From an uncultured Erysipelotrichaceae bacterium (GTDB lineage: Bacteria; Bacillota_I; Bacilli_A; RF39; UBA660), in NCBI GenBank assembly GCA_902775285.1, contig CACYLI010000002.1, positions 168,916 through 232,915 on the forward strand: DNA of 64,000 nucleotides, written 5' to 3'. Shown here piece after piece: positions 54,481 through 63,766 of the stretch. A program made the position numbers and the translations under genes. The notes under the pieces are model-generated. The model had not been told where the DNA came from and searched no databases. It saw nothing but the letters and a program-made list of their open reading frames with translations. Position 1 is the stretch's first letter. The number at the start of each line of letters is the position of its first letter.

Positions 54481-55977
54481 TTATTTCACAATTAAACTTT
54501 TACCAGTCATCTCTTTAGGCTTACTAATTTCAAATAAATCTATGACAGTTGGAATTACATCCTTTAAACTTCCACTTTCTTCTAGCTTAATTTTATCATT
54601 GCAAATAACTAATGGAACTTTACTATCTGTATGAGATATATTAATTACATCTTTTTCTTTCATTAACTCTACATTTCCATGATCAGATGTAATAACTAAT
54701 TCATAAAAATTTTCTTGTGCTTTTTCTAATATTTTTCCAATACAAATATCACAAGCTTCAAGTGCTCTTATAGTAGCTGGAATATTTCCAGTATGTCCAA
54801 CCATATCAGGATTTGCAAAATTAACCAATATAAAATCAAAATCATCATCTATTGCATTCATTACTTCTGTAGTAACTTCTACAATATTCATCTCTGGTTT
54901 CATATCAAATCTAGGAACTTTAGGTGAAGGAACAAGTATTTTAAATAAATTTTTATCACTAAATTCTTCAGCTCCATCAAAGAAATATGTAACATGAGGG
55001 TATTTAGCAGATTCAGCAATTCTAGCTTGTCTAAACTCTAAATCAGCTAAGTATTTTCCAAATGTATTAGATAAAGTTTCATTTGAATAAGCACCTTCTA
55101 TTTTATCAGATGTACTATATAATACATTATATTTAACATTTTTTAATTTCTTTGTATTAAACATATTAAATGAAGGATCAACAAAAGAAGAAATTAATTC
55201 ATCCATTCTTTCTGGTCTAAAATCAACAAATAAAACTGCATCATTATCTTTAATATTGCTTCCCTTTGTTATAATACTTGGATTTATAAACTCATCATTA
55301 ATATTATTCTTATAATGTAATTCAATACATCTATTATAATCAGCAAAATTATTACCTGCATTATGAACAAGTGCATCATAATATTTATTAATTCTATCAT
55401 AATTTCCATCATTATCCATTGCATAATATCTTCCACATAAAGTACCTATTTTTCCTAAATTTAATTTACTCACTTTACTTAAAAAATTATCAATTAATTC
55501 TTTTGATTTACTTGCACTTATATCTCTTCCATCAGTTATAAAATGAAAAAATACACTATTTACTTTTCTAATCTTAGCAAGTGCTAATACTGCATAAAAA
55601 TGATCCATACTAGAGTGAACTAAACTATCAGAAAGTAATCCTACCAAATGTAGAGTAGACTTATTTTCATTAACATGATCCATTAAATCTAATAAAACAT
55701 CATTTTCAAAAAATGTTTTATCTTTTATACTATTATTTATCATAGTAAGTGGTTGTAATACAGTTCTTCCTGCACCAATTGTAATATGTCCAACTTCAGA
55801 ATTACCAATTACTCCCTTTGGAAGACCTACTTCTTCTTCACTTGTAGTTAGTTTACTTACTGAATAAGTATTAAATATATTTGTTAGATTTGGTAAATTT
55901 GACATCTTAATAGCATTTCCATTTTCATTTTCTCTAATACCAAATCCATCTAAAATTAATAATATTATTTTTTTCAT
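54481..55977 (-). CDS. gpmI: 2,3-bisphosphoglycerate-independent phosphoglycerate mutase
   Basis: LLILDGFG, GNSEVGHITIGAGR (catalytic Ser), ITSDHGN. Confidence 0.95.
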   Translation of the reverse strand: MKKIILLILDGFGIRENENGNAIKMSNLPNLTNIFNTYSVSKLTTSEEEVGLPKGVIGNSEVGHITIGAGRTVLQPLTMINNSIKDKTFFENDVLLDLMDHVNENKSTLHLVGLLSDSLVHSSMDHFYAVLALAKIRKVNSVFFHFITDGRDISASKSKELIDNFLSKVSKLNLGKIGTLCGRYYAMDNDGNYDRINKYYDALVHNAGNNFADYNRCIELHYKNNINDEFINPSIITKGSNIKDNDAVLFVDFRPERMDELISSFVDPSFNMFNTKKLKNVKYNVLYSTSDKIEGAYSNETLSNTFGKYLADLEFRQARIAESAKYPHVTYFFDGAEEFSDKNLFKILVPSPKVPRFDMKPEMNIVEVTTEVMNAIDDDFDFILVNFANPDMVGHTGNIPATIRALEACDICIGKILEKAQENFYELVITSDHGNVELMKEKDVINISHTDSKVPLVICNDKIKLEESGSLKDVIPTVIDLFEISKPKEMTGKSLIVK

Positions 55978-56031
55978 AAAAAACTCCTGTTACTATTTTA
56001 ACATAAAACAAAAAAAACTTGAATGATTATT

Positions 56032-56790
56032 TTATATATTAATCATATCAAGTCTTAGTTTATCAGCAATTGTTACAATAAATTCTGAATTGGTTGGTTT
56101 TGATCTATCAATATCTACGCTATGGCCAAATATTTCTTCCATTAAGTCTATATCTCCTCTTAACCAAGATACTTCAATTGCATGTCTTATAGATCTTTCA
56201 ACTCTTTGAATAGATGTATTATATCTTATTGATAAATCAGGATATAACTCTTTAGTTATTCCTCCTATAAAACTAGGATTATCATATACCATTAGAATAG
56301 CACTCCTTATATATTGATATCCTTTTATATTTGAAGGAATTCCTAATGCATGTAGTATTTTTGTAACTTCTATTTGTAAATCTTTATCTTGTATTTCTAT
56401 TAACTTTTCACTACTTTTTTTAGATATACCTACATCTATAATAATTTTTTCTAGGCTTTTCATTTCAAAAGGTTTCAATGCATAATATTTAATTCCAAGT
56501 TCACTAACTTCCCTAATTGTTTCTTCTTCATTAAAAGAAGTTAAAACAATTACTTTTTTATTAATATTATGTTCATTCATATAATAAAGAACTTCTTTAC
56601 CATCTTTATATGGCATAACTAAATCCAAAAGCATAACATCAAATTCTAGATTTGATTCTAAAGCTTTTATAGCTTCTAGTCCATTTTCTAAAGTTTTTAT
56701 TACTTCTATTTTTTCACTTCCATTAAAGTACTTCTCAATTAGACTTCTTTGTGTTTTGTTATCATCTACTGCCAATACTTTAATTTTCAT
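56032..56790 (-). CDS. spo0A: Sporulation master regulator Spo0A (response regulator)
   Basis: Receiver domain with VDDN, LLDLVMP (phospho-Asp) and LKPF. The C-terminus has the Spo0A-specific sequence IKGYQYIRSAI ... ITKELYPDL ... RVERSIRHAIEVSW ... KPTNSEFI..IADKLRL. Confidence 0.92.
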   Translation of the reverse strand: MKIKVLAVDDNKTQRSLIEKYFNGSEKIEVIKTLENGLEAIKALESNLEFDVMLLDLVMPYKDGKEVLYYMNEHNINKKVIVLTSFNEEETIREVSELGIKYYALKPFEMKSLEKIIIDVGISKKSSEKLIEIQDKDLQIEVTKILHALGIPSNIKGYQYIRSAILMVYDNPSFIGGITKELYPDLSIRYNTSIQRVERSIRHAIEVSWLRGDIDLMEEIFGHSVDIDRSKPTNSEFIVTIADKLRLDMINI

Positions 56791-56858
56791 TATTTCTCCT
56801 TTTTATTTATTATAATACTATTATTATATATTTTTCTACGTGCTAATTTGTAGTGTTT

Positions 56859-56865
56859 TGTCGAA
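56859..56865. promoter_or_regulatory. Candidate 0A box (TGTCGAA) upstream of spo0A
   Basis: Exact match to the Spo0A-binding heptamer about 70 nt upstream of the spo0A start. A 7-mer can also occur by chance. Confidence 0.3.
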
Positions 56866-56873
56866 ACTTTACA

Positions 56874-56902
56874 TAAAAAAAGTTATTCATAAATGAATAA
56901 CT
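56874..56902 (-). terminator. Intrinsic terminator after the NlpC/P60 gene
   Basis: Stem agttattcat pairs with atgaataact. A T7 run follows on the minus strand. Confidence 0.75.
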
Positions 56903-58175
56903 AATTTGAATATTGTACCTTAACACATCTATAAGCATTATCGCCATAATACATATAACTAAGTCTAGTGCCAATTGCTCCACCAGTAGATTCTGCTATT
57001 AAATATCTTCCTTCATTATCCTGAGGTTCTACAACTAATACTATATGATTATTTGAAACCAGTGTATCTCCTGTATTACAATTAGCTTTTCCACCACTTG
57101 CAAGAGGTCCATCTCCAGCTCCTGTACGTGAAGATCCTCCATTATCTGTTTGAAAGCCTTGAGCAATAGCCCAATTTACAAACCCACTACAATCAAATCC
57201 TTTATATATATATGTTTTTCTACAATATGATGGATTTGGATGTGAATCACAATATCTTGGATTATCATATGTTCCCCAAGAGCCTCTAACTCCTACTCTA
57301 TTCCATTTTCCACCCCAAAAATATGCAATATGATATCCATACCCTGCTAATGTTTCAAATAATGTTAAAGCTGCAACAACAGGAGCTTCTCTTGTACCAA
57401 CACCAACACTTTCAACTGCCTGTTGAATTTTTAAATCCAATGCAGAAACATTTGAACCATTTTTTGCTAAAACTTCTTCTAAACTAATACCAGCAAGTGG
57501 TTTTAAATTCTTATATAATGCATCACTAGGATCTAATATAAAATCACCTAAACTGCTAGTTATTTTTACATTATCCTCAAGTTCTTTTAATAGTCTTTCT
57601 CTAATTTCACTATCACTAATACTTTCTAATCTACTTTTTAAATCTTTATATTTATCTTTATCATACTTCCTAGCTAAAACATATATTTCATCTCTTAAAT
57701 CTATATATTTTTTTACATTCTCAAGTTCATATAATAATTCTGATTTCTTATTTTCATCTTGTACTTTATTAATATTAGATCGAGCAATAGAATAATCTGA
57801 ATTTTTAAGTGAATCATGAACAATATCTAAAGTACGCTCTGCCACTCTAATATATGCTGCATCTATTTTAGCACTAGTTGCATTAGATAAACATGATAAA
57901 TATCCATCTTTATTAGTTTCAGTAACATCTGCTATCATAGCAACAAAATTTGGTATAAAAAACACTAAAATAGCTGCAACTACTTTAACAACAACAGTTT
58001 TATTTGCTTTATTTAAAGCATCACTATCATTGTTTTTAATTGCAGAAACATAACCTATCATAACTGAAACAATTAATATTATTGGTACAACTATTCTAAT
58101 AATACTTATAACAATATTAATAAGTCTCATAATAGATAAAACATCCCCATTATCACAAACATCTAATAACATCAT
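56901..58175 (-). CDS. Membrane-anchored NlpC/P60-family peptidoglycan endopeptidase with a coiled-coil linker
   Basis: The N-terminal two-TM module (PIILIVSVMI ... FFIP) is homologous to that of the ORF at 18513..19541. The C-terminus has GFDCSGFVNWA (catalytic Cys) and NNHIVLVV (His). Confidence 0.75.
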   Translation of the reverse strand: MMLLDVCDNGDVLSIMRLINIVISIIRIVVPIILIVSVMIGYVSAIKNNDSDALNKANKTVVVKVVAAILVFFIPNFVAMIADVTETNKDGYLSCLSNATSAKIDAAYIRVAERTLDIVHDSLKNSDYSIARSNINKVQDENKKSELLYELENVKKYIDLRDEIYVLARKYDKDKYKDLKSRLESISDSEIRERLLKELEDNVKITSSLGDFILDPSDALYKNLKPLAGISLEEVLAKNGSNVSALDLKIQQAVESVGVGTREAPVVAALTLFETLAGYGYHIAYFWGGKWNRVGVRGSWGTYDNPRYCDSHPNPSYCRKTYIYKGFDCSGFVNWAIAQGFQTDNGGSSRTGAGDGPLASGGKANCNTGDTLVSNNHIVLVVEPQDNEGRYLIAESTGGAIGTRLSYMYYGDNAYRCVKVQYSN

Positions 58176-58204
58176 TTAATTCACCAAGCTAATTATAACA
58201 TATA

Positions 58205-58224
58205 AAAAGAAGTTTTAAACTTCT
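58205..58224 (-). terminator. Hairpin/terminator after the tpi-like gene
   Basis: agaagttt pairs with aaacttct. A T-run follows on the minus strand. Confidence 0.5.
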
Positions 58225-58925
58225 TATTTTATTTCTTTTAATAATTCTTTTAATAATTTAATATCAATTGCTGCTTTATCTAACATAATACCATCACATA
58301 CATCAAATATTTCTTTTATATTACTATTCTCAATATTTCCACCATAATAAACTTCAACTGATATTTCGTATTTACTCTTCATATATTCCTTTATTTTTTT
58401 TACAATACTACTTATTTTATCAGGCTCTTTATTAAAAGTACCAACTGCATAATTCGGAACATATGCAATACTTAAATATTTTAAAGTATTTGATTCAATT
58501 GATTTTAAATAATAATTTATTTCTTTTTTTATATAACTAAATGGATTAATCATTTTATTAATTTCTCCAACACATAAAATTGTATTACATTTACAACTTA
58601 ATGATTTAAACAATTTTTCCTTAGCTACATCATAATCCTCATTCATTATTTTATATCTTTCATAATGAGCAATTAAAGTATATTTTATATTCATATCCTT
58701 TAATGATTCTAGATTAACTTCTCCAGTAAAAGAACCAGCTTTATAACTATAAAAATTTTGAGTTCCTACTAAATAACTAGAATCTTTAAACATGGATAAA
58801 TAATGAATTGGTGGGAAAAGAATAAATTCATAATCCTTGGGTTTTATCTTCTCAAATTCTTTTTTAAAACCAACTATTTCATCATATAATAAATAACTCT
58901 TTTGATTTAATATTACTTTTTTCAT
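58224..58925 (-). CDS. Triosephosphate isomerase homologue, highly divergent, with catalytic Glu replaced by Val
   Basis: TIM-fold motifs are retained: LNQK (for GNWK), GSFTGEV, IAHYER (His), CVGE, YYGG. However, AYEPxWAIGTG reads IAYVPNYAVGTF and GGASL reads LDKAAI. It directly follows pgk. Confidence 0.7.
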   Translation of the reverse strand: MKKVILNQKSYLLYDEIVGFKKEFEKIKPKDYEFILFPPIHYLSMFKDSSYLVGTQNFYSYKAGSFTGEVNLESLKDMNIKYTLIAHYERYKIMNEDYDVAKEKLFKSLSCKCNTILCVGEINKMINPFSYIKKEINYYLKSIESNTLKYLSIAYVPNYAVGTFNKEPDKISSIVKKIKEYMKSKYEISVEVYYGGNIENSNIKEIFDVCDGIMLDKAAIDIKLLKELLKEIK

Positions 58926-58926
58926 A

Positions 58927-60066
58927 TTAACCTTTTAATCTTTCTAATGTTTTAAATTTCTTACCTTCTAAATATTCAAGAGTAGAACCTCCACCAGTTG
59001 ATACATAATACATTTTTATATTAAACATCGCACTAGCTCCTGTAATATCTCCACCAGCAAGAATAGTAGGAAACTTTTCTTCACTTAAATATTTCATAAC
59101 CTCTTTTGTTCCAGTTTCATATGCCTTATCCTCATATTTTCCAAGTGGTCCATTCCATAATACTAAGTTACTATTTTTAAGCTCATTTTTGAATAACTTA
59201 ATGCTCTCAACTCCGATGTCATATCCAATGTCATCATTTTTAAAATCTTCTATTTTTTTGCAGCCTTTTTCTGTAATAAAATCAACAGGTAATATTATTT
59301 TACTATCATATTTAGATAATAAAGATTTAACATAATCCATATTTTCATCACTAACAAGACTTTTTCCAACATTAAACCCACGTGCTTTTAAAAATGTAAA
59401 ACACATGGCTCCACCTATTAATACCTTATTGGATTTTTTAATTAAATTATTAATAACACCTATTTTATCTTCTACTTTAGACCCACCAAGCAATAAAGTT
59501 CTTTCTTCTTTAATTGCTTTATCTAACATATTTACTTCACTTTCTACTAAAAATCCAGCATAAGATGGTATATATTTTGAAATACCATAAGTAGATGCAT
59601 GACATCTATGAGCACTACCAAAAGCATCTAAAACAAATATATCAGCCAAAGATGCCCAATATTTAGATAATGTTTCATCACAAGAACTCTCTAACTTTTT
59701 AGGATAATCTTCATATCTAGTATTCTCTACTACTACTATTTCTCCATCTAATAAATTATCTATTGTACTCTCAAGTAAACTTCCTCTAGTTTCTCCAATA
59801 AAATAAACAGGAGCATGTACTAAAGAAGATAAATGATCAGCAACTATTTTTAATGAGTTTTTTTCTTTATCTTCAAGTGACTCAACTCTACCTAAATGAG
59901 AAAGTAAAATTACTTTAGCTTTATGTTCTACTAAATAATTAATAGTTTTTAAACTACTAACTATTCTATTATCATCTATTATTTTATTATCTTTTCTTGG
60001 TACATTAAAATCAACTCTAACTATTACTTTCTTTCCTTTAACATTACAATCAGTAATAATTTTCAT
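58927..60066 (-). CDS. pgk: Phosphoglycerate kinase
   Basis: RVDFNVP, LSHLGR, DAFGSAHRCHAST, WNGPLG, STGGGS. Confidence 0.95.
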   Translation of the reverse strand: MKIITDCNVKGKKVIVRVDFNVPRKDNKIIDDNRIVSSLKTINYLVEHKAKVILLSHLGRVESLEDKEKNSLKIVADHLSSLVHAPVYFIGETRGSLLESTIDNLLDGEIVVVENTRYEDYPKKLESSCDETLSKYWASLADIFVLDAFGSAHRCHASTYGISKYIPSYAGFLVESEVNMLDKAIKEERTLLLGGSKVEDKIGVINNLIKKSNKVLIGGAMCFTFLKARGFNVGKSLVSDENMDYVKSLLSKYDSKIILPVDFITEKGCKKIEDFKNDDIGYDIGVESIKLFKNELKNSNLVLWNGPLGKYEDKAYETGTKEVMKYLSEEKFPTILAGGDITGASAMFNIKMYYVSTGGGSTLEYLEGKKFKTLERLKG

Positions 60067-60075
60067 TTTTTATAC

Positions 60076-60621
60076 CTACCTTTCATTATTTGTGTATAAA
60101 TTTACAGCATCTTCTTTTAATTTTTCTAATGTAGTGTTAACAATCTTTACATCGAACTTGTCATAATCATCTAAATCAATTTCAGTTTTATGTTTCTTTT
60201 GCTCTTCTGATAATCCATTATCAAAATTAGGTCTTTCTATATGAATAGCAACTAAATCTGGAAAAGCTTTTCTTAAATCTTCAACCTCTTTTTTAAGTCT
60301 AACATCACTTATAACAATAGCATCATAAAAACATGAGAATACATCTATATCATCTATAATTCTTTTTATAAATAAATCTTCTTTATGAAGTTTCTCTCGT
60401 ATTACTTCAGTTCCAAGTTCTTGAAGTAAAGCTCTTGGTTTATCTTCCTCAGTCAAATTCCAACCAGTCATTTCTCTAGCATAATATTTAATATATTTTG
60501 ATAATTGAGTAATAATTAACTTTTTAGAGTTTTCTTCATACACTTCTTTTAAAAATCCAGAAAAAGTATCTTTTCCATGACGAGCTTTACCACATACTAG
60601 ATATATTTTAGGTTTATTCAT
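60076..60621 (-). CDS. P-loop kinase, deoxynucleoside-monophosphate-kinase-like
   Basis: Walker A CGKARHGKDT near the N-terminus. I prefer the start at MNKPKIYLV. The function assignment is weak. Confidence 0.5.
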   Translation of the reverse strand: MNKPKIYLVCGKARHGKDTFSGFLKEVYEENSKKLIITQLSKYIKYYAREMTGWNLTEEDKPRALLQELGTEVIREKLHKEDLFIKRIIDDIDVFSCFYDAIVISDVRLKKEVEDLRKAFPDLVAIHIERPNFDNGLSEEQKKHKTEIDLDDYDKFDVKIVNTTLEKLKEDAVNLYTNNER

Positions 60622-61699
60622 TAGGCACCTTCTTTTGTTCATTTTTATGTTTTTCTATTGCACTAGGCAATACCATCCATGCATTAGGAAGTCTTCTTTC
60701 ACCTGAATATCCATATCCTACTGGTTTATTAATTAATTTACCACTTTTAGCATTATTAATATCAGTTCTCGCATATAAAGCACTAGATCCTCCACCATCT
60801 AAATTAGTAGCGTTATAAGCTCCATATTTTTGAAATAATTTAACAAGTTCTGGCATTGAAATACCAACAGATCCTTTTTGTCTACCATCGATTACTACAA
60901 GTAATACAATACCATCTTGTCTTTGTCCTATTGCACTTCTATTCGCAATACCCCAACCACCATTTCCTTTAAATGTAGCTGTTTTGCCATTAACAATTAA
61001 GAATGGACCAAATTCTACAGCTCTATCCATTCCATCTTGAATTGCTTCTTTTCCTTTTTTCTTTGTTAGTACTAAAACATTATCTTTATTAAATCCTATT
61101 AATCCTCCACCTTTATTAATATTTTTTCCAGTATCATATATCTTACCATTTAAAATAGCTGTACCAGTTACAGGATTTTTACCAACTGAAGTTTTAACAC
61201 CAGATGCATTCATCGCAACTAAAGCTTTATTCTCCTCAGCTAAATCAGATAAATATTTACCACCTTTACCATAATTAGATGCAAATACTAGTCTTACATC
61301 AGATGGATCATATACAACAACCATATATCCTTTCCATCCACTTCCACTTATATTTAAAAGTTTATATACATCATTTCCTTTATCTTTTTTAAGTATTTGC
61401 TCTTCATAAATTGACTCATAACTATCTGTTTCAAAATTTGGATTAAAATTAATAGCTGAAGAATCCGTATCTTCTTCTGGCTCAATTAACTTATTATTAT
61501 CAAGTATTTCTTTAACTTGATCTTCACTATATAAAACATATGCAAAATATCTATGATTCATAGTAGTCATAGCAGTAGTTACAAGTAAATCTCTAAAATA
61601 TGATATAGGTCCATATGCTAAAAAGAAACAAGCTAAAGCTATTACATCAATAATTATTAGAAATATACTAAACTTACTCTTCTTTTGTTTCTTTTTCAT
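60614..61699 (-). CDS. Phosphodiester glycosidase family protein (DUF2233/NAGPA-like), TM-anchored
   Basis: N-terminal TM. The C-terminal pattern RSAIGQRQDG..LLVVIDGRQ..S.G.....L......GA..A.NLDGGGSS is typical of the family. Confidence 0.7.
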   Translation of the reverse strand: MKKKQKKSKFSIFLIIIDVIALACFFLAYGPISYFRDLLVTTAMTTMNHRYFAYVLYSEDQVKEILDNNKLIEPEEDTDSSAINFNPNFETDSYESIYEEQILKKDKGNDVYKLLNISGSGWKGYMVVVYDPSDVRLVFASNYGKGGKYLSDLAEENKALVAMNASGVKTSVGKNPVTGTAILNGKIYDTGKNINKGGGLIGFNKDNVLVLTKKKGKEAIQDGMDRAVEFGPFLIVNGKTATFKGNGGWGIANRSAIGQRQDGIVLLVVIDGRQKGSVGISMPELVKLFQKYGAYNATNLDGGGSSALYARTDINNAKSGKLINKPVGYGYSGERRLPNAWMVLPSAIEKHKNEQKKVPNE

Positions 61700-63059
61700 T
61701 ATTAACTCCTAATTCATATGGAGAAGACATAGTACCTTCACCTTTTATAATATTTAATTTTCCATCTAAATAAAATGTAGGTCTTACATTATATTTACTA
61801 GTTATACTATCTGCAAATAAATTACCATTTTCATTTATAACATTAATTATATTAGTTGCTTCCATACCTCTTAATATAGTAAACACATTATTAACTTCAT
61901 TAATATATAAGTCCCCTATATTTAAAAGTCCTACTTTAGTATTTACTTTAGAATTATATGTTTTAGAATAATCTAAATTATCTAAACTTAATACTCCAGT
62001 ATAGTAATCAGAAGATATAACACTATCTTTAACACTTAATGAATTTAAAAATGTTTTATTTAAGTATGAACCAACTGTATTAGATGCACTATAAGCACTA
62101 TTAGATCCACCAAAACTAATAGATAATTTTTCATCTTTTTCTTTTAATGCATCAGTACTTGTTAATTTAACTTTATCTTCCTCTATTTCAATAACTTTAT
62201 AAGTACTATTATCTATTTTAATAATATTATTGATATAAGTATCTGCAAGTACTTTAACATCATGTTTTTCAATTATATATGGATTATTCTTTTTACCATT
62301 ACCACCAACTAATTCAGCTCCAGAATTAATAGTTATAACTGGTTTAATAGTAATAGCTCTTGATGTTTTATTATTTAAACTAATTTCTCCACTTTCATTA
62401 ACAAAATAATTTTGATTACTAGAATTTAATGTCCCTAAATTAAATGTCGTTCCATTATTTAAAAAACTTGCTTTACCTCCAGAAGATTTAAAATCATATA
62501 AAGAAAGTAATGTAATTTTATACTTATCACTTGATTCTTCACAAACTATTTTTGATAAATCATCTATGCTATCCATACAATAAGTAGTATTATTTAAAAG
62601 ACCACCAGCATTAATTAAAGTATTTTCAAATACACCACTATATTTTTCTTCACTTGAATTTAACCATTTATTAACATATGAAGATTCATATCCATTATTA
62701 AATCCAGGATACAGTAAAGTAACATTATCTTCACTAACTAGTTTTATATTATCTTCACTATCTATTCCTAGAATTCTAAACATAAATCCAGAGTAATATA
62801 AATAATTATCATTTACTTCCCCTTTATATGTATAGTTTTTCTTTTCTTCATTATAAACTAAACCTTTAGTTTCATCTAAATAACTTTGATGTTTTTTTAT
62901 TTCATTAACTAAAAGAACTGTCTCTTCTGATTTCCTACCATGTTCTTTCAAATAATATTTTAATAATCTAGTAGAATAAAACATAACAATAAGAAACAAC
63001 ACTAAAATATTTAGTGTTATTAATATAGGTGTTAATTTAAGAACTCTTCTTTTAGCCAT
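61674..63059 (-). CDS. Single-pass membrane protein with two DUF6273-like extracellular repeats
   Basis: N-terminal TM. Two repeats have the pattern S.Y(V/L)NK.LN ... LLS..D(F/L) ... (I/V)(K/R)P(V/T).. . This is similar to the C-terminus of the ORF at 22803..23999. Confidence 0.6.
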   Translation of the reverse strand: MAKRRVLKLTPILITLNILVLFLIVMFYSTRLLKYYLKEHGRKSEETVLLVNEIKKHQSYLDETKGLVYNEEKKNYTYKGEVNDNYLYYSGFMFRILGIDSEDNIKLVSEDNVTLLYPGFNNGYESSYVNKWLNSSEEKYSGVFENTLINAGGLLNNTTYCMDSIDDLSKIVCEESSDKYKITLLSLYDFKSSGGKASFLNNGTTFNLGTLNSSNQNYFVNESGEISLNNKTSRAITIKPVITINSGAELVGGNGKKNNPYIIEKHDVKVLADTYINNIIKIDNSTYKVIEIEEDKVKLTSTDALKEKDEKLSISFGGSNSAYSASNTVGSYLNKTFLNSLSVKDSVISSDYYTGVLSLDNLDYSKTYNSKVNTKVGLLNIGDLYINEVNNVFTILRGMEATNIINVINENGNLFADSITSKYNVRPTFYLDGKLNIIKGEGTMSSPYELGVNNEKETKEE

Positions 63060-63070
63060 TTTATATACTC

Positions 63071-63757
63071 CTAATCTCCAAAATCATTTTGATATGCTAT
63101 TAAACTAGCATTTATAACACCATCTACCCCATTAAATTGATCAACAATACTTGTATCAACTCCACCTTTTTGACTTTCTTTTAAATCAACTTCAAGTGAT
63201 AATTCAACATTATCTTTAAATATAGATTTACTTCTAACTTTAAATTTCTTTAATTGTTTAATTTTTTTCATTACTTCGTTATGTGCTTCTACATCATATT
63301 TAAGAACAAGCAAATATCTATTAGATACTTTAAATCCCATTAAATATATTACAAAATATAATACACCTAATAATAATGATGCAACTAATGCAATAACATA
63401 AAGTCCTGCTCCTGCCATAATTCCAGCAGATATTCCCCAAAACATAAATCCAGTATCAACAGGTTCCTTTACAGCTGTTCTAAATCTTACTATAGATAAA
63501 GCACCAACCATACCTAAAGAAAGAGAAATATTAGAACTAATTGTTCTTATAATCATTGCTGTAACCATAGAAAGCATCAATATACATAAACCAAAAGATT
63601 TTGAATACACAACACCAGTATATGTCTTTCTATATACATAAATAATAAATATTCCAATTAAGAATGCAACAATTAATGAAATAATCATTCCACCAACTGA
63701 AATACTTCCAGAAAAATTTTCTAAAACAGATTTTTTAATTGTATCAACTACGCTCAT
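63071..63757 (-). CDS. DUF4956-family membrane protein
   Basis: Four or five TM helices with the conserved segment LSLGMVGALSIVRFRTAVKEP.DT.F.F. It is adjacent to a VTC-domain gene, as is typical for this family. Confidence 0.7.
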   Translation of the reverse strand: MSVVDTIKKSVLENFSGSISVGGMIISLIVAFLIGIFIIYVYRKTYTGVVYSKSFGLCILMLSMVTAMIIRTISSNISLSLGMVGALSIVRFRTAVKEPVDTGFMFWGISAGIMAGAGLYVIALVASLLLGVLYFVIYLMGFKVSNRYLLVLKYDVEAHNEVMKKIKQLKKFKVRSKSIFKDNVELSLEVDLKESQKGGVDTSIVDQFNGVDGVINASLIAYQNDFGD

Positions 63758-63766
63758 AACACACTC

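Noticed and set aside
56823-56851. A sigma-A or sigma-H promoter assignment for spo0A.
   Set aside because: A TATAAT is present at 56823-56828 on the minus strand, but no acceptable -35 lies at 17 nt spacing. I also cannot match a sigma-H consensus with any confidence.
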